In this document: piece after piece, positions 39,553 through 49,025 of the stretch
Layout: each line of letters opens with the position of its first letter
Numbering within the stretch: position 1 is the first letter of the stretch
Assembly: GCF_001194135.2 (NCBI RefSeq)
Contig: NC_068996.1
Span: 54,368,976 to 54,418,000 of the forward strand
Reading direction: 5' to 3'
Length of the DNA: 49,025 nt
Origin: Octopus bimaculoides
Lineage: Eukaryota
Notes under the pieces: generated by a model
What the model was told of the DNA's origin: nothing
Seen by the model: the letters and a program-made list of their open reading frames with translations, nothing else
The model's database searches: none
Translations under genes and position numbers: made by a program

Positions 39553-40183
39553 NNNNNNNNNNNNNNNNNNNNNNNNNNNNNNNNNNNNNNNNNNNNNNNN
39601 NNNNNNNNNNNNNNNNNNNNNNNNNNNNNNNNNNNNNNNNNNNNNNNNNNNNNNNNNNNNNNNNNNNNNNNNNNNNNNNNNNNNNNNNNNNNNNNNNNNN
39701 NNNNNNNNNNNNNNNNNNNNNNNNNNNNNNNNNNNNNNNNNNNNNNNNNNNNNNNNNNNNNNNNNNNNNNNNNNNNNNNNNNNNNNNNNNNNNNNNNNNN
39801 NNNNNNNNNNNNNNNNNNNNNNNNNNNNNNNNNNNNNNNNNNNNNNNNNNNNNNNNNNNNNNNNNNNNNNNNNNNNNNNNNNNNNNNNNNNNNNNNNNNN
39901 NNNNNNNNNNNNNNNNNNNNNNNNNNNNNNNNNNNNNNNNNNNNNNNNNNNNNNNNNNNNNNNNNNNNNNNNNNNNNNNNNNNNNNNNNNNNNNNNNNNN
40001 NNNNNNNNNNNNNNNNNNNNNNNNNNNNNNNNNNNNNNNNNNNNNNNNNNNNNNNNNNNNNNNNNNNNNNNNNNNNNNNNNNNNNNNNNNNNNNNNNNNN
40101 NNNNNNNNNNNNNNNNNNNNNNNNNNNNNNNNNNNNNNNNNNNNNNNNNNNNNNNNNNNNNNNNNNNNNNNNNNNNNNNNNNN

Positions 40184-40262
40184 CAGTTTAACACTGGGGT
40201 CGATATATTCGACTTACCTTCTTCCCAAAATTACTGGAGTTGTGTCAAAATTCGAAACTAAT
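40184..40262 (+). mobile_element. SINE family A, 3' part (5' part in N-gap)
   Basis: cactggggtcgatatattcgacttacc..caaaattactgg..gaaactaat. Confidence 0.7.
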
Positions 40263-40297
40263 GTGCGTGAGTGCGTGCGTGCTTGTGTGTGTGTGTG

Positions 40298-40339
<42 letters not shown>

Positions 40340-40384
40340 TGTGTGTGTGTTCACATCTGTATTTCGCTTTATTGTTGTTTCTAC

Positions 40385-40735
40385 AGAAACTATCAGCCAT
40401 TGTTACGCATGATTGATCACAATGCGATTCGAATTCTTTCTTGGTTGTATCTTTCTTTTACATCTTGGTCCAAATAATTTAACCAAGTCGTCATCCCGTC
40501 GTCGTAGAGAACTTCCAATTGGCCATTTCCGATCGCTAGTGTGCCACTCAATAACTGTAACAGTCCACCTGTAATAGTCTGTGAACCTTGTGACATGTTC
40601 GGCTCAGCGGAACTTCTGCTTCCAATATTCTGCTATCGCATCATTCTCTTCGCTCCCTTCTCCAATTCCTTCATTTCCGAAACGCTCTCTTAATGATAGA
40701 TTTAGCATGATTCTTTCCATGTCCTTTTGAGCATA
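40385..40735 (-). mobile_element. RTE-clade LINE 3' fragment
   Basis: AQKDMERIMLNLSLRE..KQKFR*AEHVTRFTD..WTVTVIEW (from AQRxMERxMLGxSLR..WAGHVAR..RWT..EW). Confidence 0.75.
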
Positions 40736-41048
40736 TACATATCTGAGTATGTTCGCGTATACACACGCACACACATACACACACGCGCGCGCCCATGCAC
40801 ACACAACACACACATGCACGCACATACACGCACATATACACGTACACGCTCAAATACACCACACATACACACCACACATATAGTGTTGAACGAATGAGGG
40901 GTGTGTTCAATACATTTTGTAGACTATATGGTTTATTGTTTTATTGAACTCGTGACTCAAGTTTTGCACTACTACAATCTTCTGACAAGAAAATGCCGCG
41001 TAAGATAAACATTCAACTCCAATAAACTATACATTCATATGTGAGAAT

Positions 41049-41124
<76 letters not shown>

Positions 41125-41129
<5 letters not shown>

Positions 41130-43790
41130 TTATATCGTCAAACATGGCGAGCATTATGACCTTTTGATCTATCTGGCTATTAAAAACCGTCTGCCAGCGT
41201 CCCACTTCTCCCATGCCGTCCACAACAACCAGGTTTTACACCATCACCAGAGATCTACTTCTCACGGACGCCGAACGAGCCCTTCTTCGCAGGAGCTTAA
41301 ATTTTATCCTCCTGATAGAGAAACTAAAGGAATTTAATATACATACCATTACTGAGAGTTTCCTCCGCTGTTGGATCCAACTTAAAACTTTCTTCCACGA
41401 TAGAAGCCCAGATCTACCGAATAAGGACGACTTTCCCTTCAAAAAGCACAACTCGAACTGAACCTCAAGTATGGGCCTTCACCACATGGTCGATAAATTC
41501 CGTTTCGATTCACACGTCTTCACCTTCATCAAAGACTAAGATCAAATCTTCTCTCATCGGAATTCGACATCCTTCGGAAGCTCCCTAAACGGTGAGATAT
41601 CGTTATCAAACCAGCCGACAAAGATTCGCGGTTTGGCGAATCGATCTGTACAGATAAAAATTTCTCCGCCAGCTTAAGGAACCTTCGATTCTACACAAGC
41701 TACAAAACGATCTCACCAGCTACTACCAGTGCGTGAACTTATCACTTCCGATTTGCTTCTATCCTCTGCCACTAGCCTGACTGTAATCACACCCCAGACA
41801 TTACCATCTACTTCAAAATTCACAAACTTGACAATTCCGGCCAACCTATCGTCTGAACTTGATACAATACGTTCACCTCTCATAACTAACTTACCCACAA
41901 ACATTAAAGATACCAACCTCTTCAATTCGTTCAATAGTTCAAACCCATTTTCACCGTGAACATTAAATTATTTTACATAGTTATTCTCCCCAACGATGGC
42001 CTATCATCCCTTAAATACTTGCTACTTACGCTTTCTACCTGTACCTAGCACTTTAACTTTCCTTCAAGAGCTCGTACTAACCCTTATTTATTTTTCTTTC
42101 TCAGGAGCATTTTACAATCATGTCATCGACTCCAATTACGCTAAAATTTTGTAGGCCACAGTTAAATGCAAATATTTGCCCATTTCGCGTGACCTGTCAT
42201 TAACTCATTTCACTCCACTTTGGAATTTATTTCTACAGTATCCGATATCGTTATTTTCTCAATCTTTCCATACCTATACATATCTTTCTGGTCAGTTCCG
42301 TCCGCTGCACGCCAATTTACTCCAAATTTTATCTTCACTACTCTTCTCCTCATCCTAAACATACTAAATCCGCCATACAATGTTTCCAATTCATATTTCT
42401 TTACTGCCCACAAGGGACTACACACAGAGGAGACAAACAAGAACAGACAAACGGATTAAGTCGATTATATCGACCCCAGTGCGTAACTGGTACTTATTTA
42501 ATCGACCCCGAAAGGATGAAAGCAAAGTCGACCTCGACGGAATTTGAACTCAGAACGTAGCGACAGACGAAATACTGCTAAGCATTTCGCCCAGTGTGCT
42601 AACGTTTCTGCCAGCTCACCGCCTTACATGTTTCCAATTCCTTAGCCATCACCTTCGCCGATTCTGAAGCACTAATTCAGATTTCAAGTGCTACTGTGAG
42701 AGAATGCAACATTTCTTCCTGAATCGAGGATACTTTCGAAAAGTCGTTTGTCTTGAATTCCTCCAGATCAGGCCATCGACTGCGCCATCGCTTTCCTACC
42801 CCCTTTACACATACATACAAACCAAATTCTACTTTTTCTCATCTCCTACCCATCCCTTCTTTCATTGAAGAACTCACTCTTCCACAACTTCTGAAGCCTA
42901 CTTTTTGACCCCTCAAATGCTCTGATCTTTTCGGCACCACTTTTTGCCCTCAAAAAAAAAAAAAAGGATCCTTTGTAACTTACTAATGAAGAAGTTCCAT
43001 GGTGCTCAGCCCTACACAATCAAACACTTTTAAGAGAGGTTGCTGACATGAAACACACGCCTCTACATTAACAACACTACAAACATCACGGGGCCTAAGT
43101 CACAATATCATATTACCCGAAACTATTGTTTACATCATCTTCCAACTTTACGTATTGCTTCATAATCAAGCATTGTGCAGTTCTTTATATTGAGGAAACA
43201 TGCCAACATTTTGCTGATTGCTTTCGAGACTACATTCAAAGAACACTACTTGTGTAATGCCCGACCAACTTCTTGCCATTAACTTCAACATACCAAGTCA
43301 TTCATTACTCATTTATCAACATGTAGCATCTCCATTCACTATGGGTCCACATACTCTAGGAAATGGAACGAACAACGTTTCCTCTTTTAACTTGGTAGCA
43401 TGTCACCGACAGGTCTAACTGAATGTTTTTCCTTCAGCTCCGAAACCTTCTCTTAGTTCAGCAATCACTTTCTTATCTTTCAACTTCCTTCTCACCTCAG
43501 TTTTTTCTCTTCAGCCCGTTCACGCCTTTCTCTGTTCTTCTTTCTCGTTCCATTTTCTTTTATAACTTTTTATATCCTTCGCCAAGTTTCTATTTCCTGC
43601 TACTCCTTTTCTAGATATGCACCTCACGTCTTATGTTGCTCATCAGCTGCAATCAATTTCTCAAATACAGATCATCTAAAACTTTACTGTCTTCCTTTAA
43701 TTTCTTTCCTTTCAATTTTTTCCTGACTCTGGCCGAAACGTTGGAGTTTCCATTCCCCCTAGCAATTTCGCTGTAAACTTTCTGTCGAGG
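41125..43790 (+). mobile_element. Penelope-like element (Poseidon-type RT + GIY-YIG), near full length, decayed
   Basis: DIVIKPADK (41596-41622), KIHKLDNSGQPIV (41815-41853), FFLNRGY, LYIEET (43183-43200; from LYIGET), PTGLN terminus near 43420, followed by a pyrimidine-rich 3' repeat region containing ctga..ggccGAAACGTT (43723-43742). Confidence 0.8.
42393..42627 (-). mobile_element. SINE family A, complete, with 13-bp target-site duplication
   Basis: ATGTTTCCAATTC at 42380-42392 and 42628-42640; minus strand starts gtaaggcggtgagctggcagaa, B-box gagttcaaattcc, ends aagaaatat. Inserted in the Penelope RT. Confidence 0.92.
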
Positions 43791-44699
43791 TGAGGGTAAA
43801 AGTCCATTAAAATGAAAAAGAAAAATATTACTAGTGCTTATGTTACGAGACCCGCAAATTTAGAAGTCAAAAATCGACCTCAATTGCATTTCACTTAAGT
43901 AAAGAAAGGTGAAATTATTGTTGAATTTTTGGTATTTTATCATATTGCCATTTTCTCTATCTTTTTTTTTTCTCTCTCTCATTTAAAAAAGTTCTAAAAT
44001 CAACACAGAAGTTGAAACTTTATGATAAGTAGGAAAATTTTAAGTTTTGATGTTTAAGACTGTCGTAGGTGAACGGGCGGTTGAGATAATCAGTTGACAG
44101 GTCACTGATTCAAATCTGAACACTAATACTACATCAGTATCAAAGCCACACACACTTCAAGCGACGCTGGGCAGCACAGCTTATCGCTGTTAGAGAAGGC
44201 TGAGTAATACTTCGCTACCTTACGTTGTTGGATTTAAATTTTTCGTGGTAACGTCTGAAACTCATCTGTATTTTCTCCAGTGAGGATAAGATAATGTTTT
44301 TCAACAGTTCAACGTCAAGAAACTGGAATATGTTCAAGTTTTATGCGATACGTGGTGATTGATATAAATCATCCTATATCGTTGTTTATACAAATTTCTC
44401 AGATAAGCTGAATGTTAATTATTCACTTCGATTGTGTTAGACATAAAACCAGGAAAGGATTGCTTAAACACAAAGACACTTATGGTACTCCAAGAACAAA
44501 ATAAATTAAGTTACTCAGATTGAGTTTATAGAGACTAGAGAGAATAATGACAAAGTGACATAACGTAGAATTTTATGAAATTCAAAATGAAAATACAGAC
44601 GAGCGAAAGCAAATACAGTAAAATATTATGTGCGTTTCTAAAGTCTCGTTACATTTATTGGTTTTCAGAATAATAATTTCATAGATAAGTTTCGAGGCC

Positions 44700-44895
44700 A
44701 AATATTTTGGTCCAAAAGAACAACGGATTATGTCGACCCAAGTACTTCACTAGCATTTTATTGACCATCCAAAAGAAGAGAGGGAAAAAAAGCTGACCTT
44801 GTGGGTATTTGAACTTGGAGCGTAAACAGTCGGAACAAATTCTGCGAGGAGCGTTTCCGATGCCCTAACAATTCGTCTAATACACCGACCTAATA
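44700..44895 (-). mobile_element. degenerate SINE family A
   Basis: Minus strand aaggtcggtgtattagacgaattgttagggc...agttcaaatacc..aggtcagctt.. Confidence 0.65.
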
Positions 44896-44924
44896 TTCTT
44901 AATAATGCTAGGGAATGCTGTTCT

Positions 44925-45125
44925 ATATAATAATAATAATAATAATAACATCAGCAAAAAATACCTTAGGAATGAGAATCCAGGGATGGGTTCAAAATTC
45001 TACCAGAACACCTGATGAAAGCTGGAGAGTAAATCAGCCGAAACGGGTGACAACAAACAAGATGAGGACACATATCCGTCCAATGTAAATAATGTTAAAA
45101 ATGTTAGGGAATTCTTAAATATATA
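44925..45125 (+). mobile_element. third copy of the (AAT)n + hammerhead tail element, no head visible
   Basis: (AAT)n then aaaaataccttaggaatgagaatccagg...acacCTGATGA(45012-45018)aagctggagagtaaatcagccGAAAC(45040-45044)gggtg...gatgaggacacatatccgtc; the UH after GAAAC is lost. Confidence 0.8.
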
Positions 45126-46022
45126 GAAAAACTGCTATTTATTGTTCTGAGATATGATGTCGTGAGATAAAAAAAAAACTTATCAATTTTCTGTTACATG
45201 TTCACATAGTAGATAGTGCAAACTTTCTACTATTTTTTTATTATTTTATTAGTATTATAGTAAGAATTTCAATAAGAATACGGAATGTGTGTGTGTGCCT
45301 CTGTGTATGTGTGTGTAGACAGACAGACAGAGAGAGAGAGATAGATTCCTATACATGGATGGATGGATGGATGCCTCATATCAGGGTAGTTCAAAGTCAG
45401 AATAAGTGAGGGAAAATTTATCCTATAAAGTTTGATTTTTAAAGCTGAGTTCAGGTGTTAAGCAGAAGAGTCGCTAATGAAACTCAGAGATTTAATCGAT
45501 GGAAAAATTATCGTATTACCAGTTGTTAATCGTAGATGAATATCTTCATTAATAATGAATCTATAGAAGCCGAAGCTAGTGACAAATTTTAGAATTCTGT
45601 GTTTAAAATATACGGTAGCATGCTGGAATTAGAAGGGTATGTCGTCTGAACAGACACAATGGGTTTGCATAGGCATGGTTAATCAAGGCTGACACGGAAC
45701 GAGTTATTTGTATCACAAAATTTAAGTTAAATGAATAAAGAAAATAGATTAAATCAATAAATGGATATTCATAACATATTGTAAGGTTTACATAAGTGCA
45801 GAACAGAATGCAAGTTTATTTTTTAATTCAAAATTTTGAAATGGTGAAGTATAGAACAAAATGTTACCAAATTTCTTTTTCATGTTTTATTGAAATTGCT
45901 TATTAAATACATATTTTTCAAAAATATCTAAGTAATGTTGATGTTGAAATTATAGTTCTAAATGCGTGTAAGAGGTGAATTATTCCAAATAAATATCTTG
46001 TATTTTTCTATTTATTTTCCAG

Positions 46023-46222
46023 CGTTGTTATATGCAACAATCTTCAGTAATGTGACGACAATATTTCAACAGTTCTACGCTAATTCAGCAAGATATCATG
46101 AGATGCTTAACAGCGTCAGGGAATTCATGAAAATACATGACATACCCGAAAGCCTTAGTGAGAGAGTAATGGATTACATAGTTTCTTCATGGGCCATCAG
46201 TAAGGGGATTGATGCGAATAAG
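46023..46222 (+). CDS. eag: eag-family K+ channel internal exon: second half of S6 and C-linker
   Basis: Acceptor ttttccAG ends at 46022; donor AAG|GTATAG at 46223. G from the previous exon plus CG gives Ala, then [66 protein letters not shown]. 200 bp, phase 1 in, phase 0 out, in frame with the previous exon. Confidence 0.97.
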
Positions 46223-46485
46223 GTATAGTATAAAATCTTATGGGTTCGCTTTTTAAACAAATTTTTCTTTGTTACGAAAAGTTCTGTATTATTTTACAAC
46301 CGGACAAATAACGAAATTAAAAGAGTTCTATATAAACCTTTTATTTATGTAGTCACAGATTCTACATTTACGGTGATGATTTATCTAACAGCTTCATATA
46401 AATATTTATCCACGAAGGTTACATAATCCAAACTTCGAAGTAACTATCTACCGTTTTCTTGGAAAAATCACGCACAAACGCACAG

Positions 46486-46520
<35 letters not shown>

Positions 46521-46954
46521 NNNNNNNNNNNNNNNNNNNNNNNNNNNNNNNNNNNNNNNNNNNNNNNNNNNNNNNNNNNNNNNNNNNNNNNNNNNNNNNN
46601 NNNNNNNNNNNNNNNNNNNNNNNNNNNNNNNNNNNNNNNNNNNNNNNNNNNNNNNNNNNNNNNNNNNNNNNNNNNNNNNNNNNNNNNNNNNNNNNNNNNN
46701 NNNNNNNNNNNNNNNNNNNNNNNNNNNNNNNNNNNNNNNNNNNNNNNNNNNNNNNNNNNNNNNNNNGAGAAGAAAAAGAGAAAAAACTCAAACAGGGTTT
46801 ACATCTTCTCAGTTGCAGCCAGGTTTTCAAGCTGAGAGGATGTATACTTTTTTCTCTTTTTCTTCTCTTTTTCTCTGCCCACTGACGAAGGATTGAATCC
46901 GAAACGTTAGATATTCCACTCCTCAAGGCAAGTCCACTGTACCCTTTTCACTTT

Positions 46955-46997
<43 letters not shown>

Positions 46998-47277
46998 ATG
47001 TGTGTGTGTGTGTGTGTGTGTATGTATATGTATGCATGCATGTATATATGTATATTTGTGTGTATTATTTTGAAAAAGAACACACCTTGAGGACTTGTTT
47101 AAGAACTGAGAGCTAAGTTTATACAAATTTTCAAACACACCTTGAAACTCAATGTACCTGAATCATTTTGACGTGTTATTTACATGATCCACAACGTATT
47201 CAGCACTCTTTTTGTTGCTTTTGTGTACTCTAATGAGGTTTTATGCATGTATATGTGTATGTATGAAGGTATGTGCA

Positions 47278-47363
<86 letters not shown>

Positions 47364-47519
47364 CGTGGTTTGACAATAAATTTGAAGACAATAGTCGTAT
47401 GGCATCAACCTACTCCAGGAAATGTTTAGACTAATTCTCACATAACCATAAGCACTAAAGACTGTACAATCCTTTGAGCTCCTTTGAAGTTATGTTAATA
47501 CTTGTGAAAATTCAGATAC

Positions 47520-47760
47520 TGAGATACCTTCGCACAAACAACAGGAATCCATAATTTGGTCACAGCGCCACATAAAAACTGAGACAAAAGTTATGGTCTA
47601 TACTTTCGTCTTCTATCTCTTCTGTATTCCTCAGAAACCTGGACAACTTATGTTCGCCATATCCAAACACTTGAACGCAGTCATCAAAATGTCTGAGACA
47701 TATCTTAGGCATAAGCGGGAAATTAAACACACTTAATACTAACATTCTTAGCCAAACAGG
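47520..47760 (+). mobile_element. RTE/BovB-like LINE fragment
   Basis: WSQRHIKTETKVMVY / LLYSSETWTTYVRHIQTLER..H (frameshifted), typical of the RTE post-RT region. Confidence 0.7.
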
Positions 47761-47838
47761 AATTTTTTGTATGCATGTATGAGTGTATGTATGTATGCAT
47801 GTATACGTGCAGATTTGTATGTTTTGTTTATGTATGTC

Positions 47839-48685
47839 TTCTTATGCATATACTTGCGTCTCTAGACAGGCTCATATATACTTAAATGCTAAACTTCCGG
47901 AAAGTTTTACAGGTTTTTACAGTTCCAGTGATTGACTGGATCTGTAGTCTTTAAATCAGCTTTCCTCTTTCTGGTTTTGAGCAGCCTAATTTCTCAATAT
48001 AGGTATTTACATATCCCAGGGCTACAATAATAACAGATATAAACCTGAACTTGTAATCTGGATAGAGTAACAGCAGATTTCTCAATAGTTCATCGTAGGT
48101 GTTCTCTTTTTCACTGATCTTCAGCTTTATGTTAACATCCGCTGGGCAGTTGATTTCCACAACTGTGCTCAGTTTCTCTTCTCTATCCTAAATCATTATA
48201 TCAGGTCTGTGTGCTTAAATTTTATTGAGGTCTTCACTGGGACATTCCATCAGTACTCCTTTTTATTATGAGTGGCTATGGCTTCTACCATACTGTGGTT
48301 CTTATTTCTTTGTCCTCGGGATTATCCTTCCGACGGATTTCACTATAGAGTGTCCTAGCTACAATGTCATGTCTCATCGGAAGATAATACCATGACGACA
48401 TTTTCAGACAACTGCTTATGACGTGGCTGATATATTCGGTGTTAACTCCACAAAGTCTGCATCGGTTGTCACATTTTACTGCTTCTCCTGCATCTCTGTC
48501 CCTTTTGTGCATCAGGTATTTAGTTGATATATCCTGTTCCTGGATTGCAAACGCATACGCCTCAAAGTGGGAGTAGAAATCCGGTTATTTGACCATGATA
48601 AACTGCTTTGATGATCAGTGTTATTATCATCCCAGAGCTTTCTACTAACATATCCATGCATAGTCTTCTGCACATCCTTTCAGCT
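47839..48685 (-). mobile_element. 5'-truncated Dong-like (RLE) LINE with intact 3' end
   Basis: Minus strand AYAFAIQEQDISTKYLMHKRDR..CRLCGVNTEYISHVISSC (CCHC)..HRPDIMIWDREEK..VEINCPAD (RLE PD..D/E)..KTFRKFSI* (stop 47884-47882), then a short 3' UTR; TATG repeats on both sides. Confidence 0.88.
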
Positions 48686-49025
48686 ATACGTATGTATGTT
48701 TGTATGTATGTATGTATGTTTGTATGTATGTATGTTTGTATGTATGTATGTATGTATGTATGTATGTATGTATGTATGTATGCCTGTATGTATGCACGTA
48801 TGTATGTTTGTATGTATGTTTGTATGTATGTATGTGTGTATGTACGTATGTTTGTATGCATGTATGTATGTTTGTATGTATGTATGTATGTTTGTATGTA
48901 TGTATGTATGCATGTAATTATGTATGTATGTATGTATGTATGTATGTATGTATGCCTGTATGTATGCACGTATGTATGTATGTTTGTATGTATGTATGTA
49001 TGTTTGTATGTATGTATGTATGCAT
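48686..49025. repeat. (TATG)n compound microsatellite
   Basis: TATG with TTTG/CATG variants to the window end. Confidence 0.97.

Noticed and set aside
45962-46022. N-terminal extension [20 protein letters not shown] of the second eag exon
   Set aside because: It is intronic polypyrimidine tract; homology and phase start at 46023. Likewise the ORF-track start at 22355 and read-through to 22804 ignore the splice sites.
46350-46385. Possible editing-complementary sequence for 46046 (gtagtcaca...)
   Set aside because: Only about 8 of 9 nt match the reverse complement of the exon; too short to support without folding and conservation analysis.

Overview
AT-rich, microsatellite-dense eukaryotic scaffold with six N-gaps. 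The repeat complement (tRNA-derived SINEs, Dong/R4, RTE, Tx1 and Penelope-like retroelements, long TATG/CA tracts) looks like an Octopus/coleoid genome; this is an inference. The only host coding sequence is two + strand exons of an ether-a-go-go (eag, Kv10/KCNH1-5 type) potassium channel: 22343-22763 (S4, S5, pore, S6 start) and 46023-46222 (S6 end, C-linker). They join in frame across a 23,259-bp GT-AG intron, so the whole window is probably inside this gene. The rest is nested, decayed mobile DNA. Best leads: (1) a composite non-autonomous element made of a tRNA-like Pol III head, an (AAT)n tract and a Penelope-type tail with a minimal hammerhead ribozyme, inserted as a head-to-head dimer with a 12-bp target-site duplication (8058-8732), with a third copy at about 44925-45125; (2) genomic Ser (AGT) codons where eag channels have conserved Gly, notably in S6 at 46046, which A-to-I editing would restore; (3) several retrotransposon families apparently inserted into specific microsatellites (TAA, TTG/CAA, CATA), including two LINEs meeting tail-to-tail on one repeat; (4) an 80-nt near-perfect hairpin at 13211-13290. 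Protein-family comparisons are from memory of the families, not from database searches. TE boundaries are approximate unless a target-site duplication is given.
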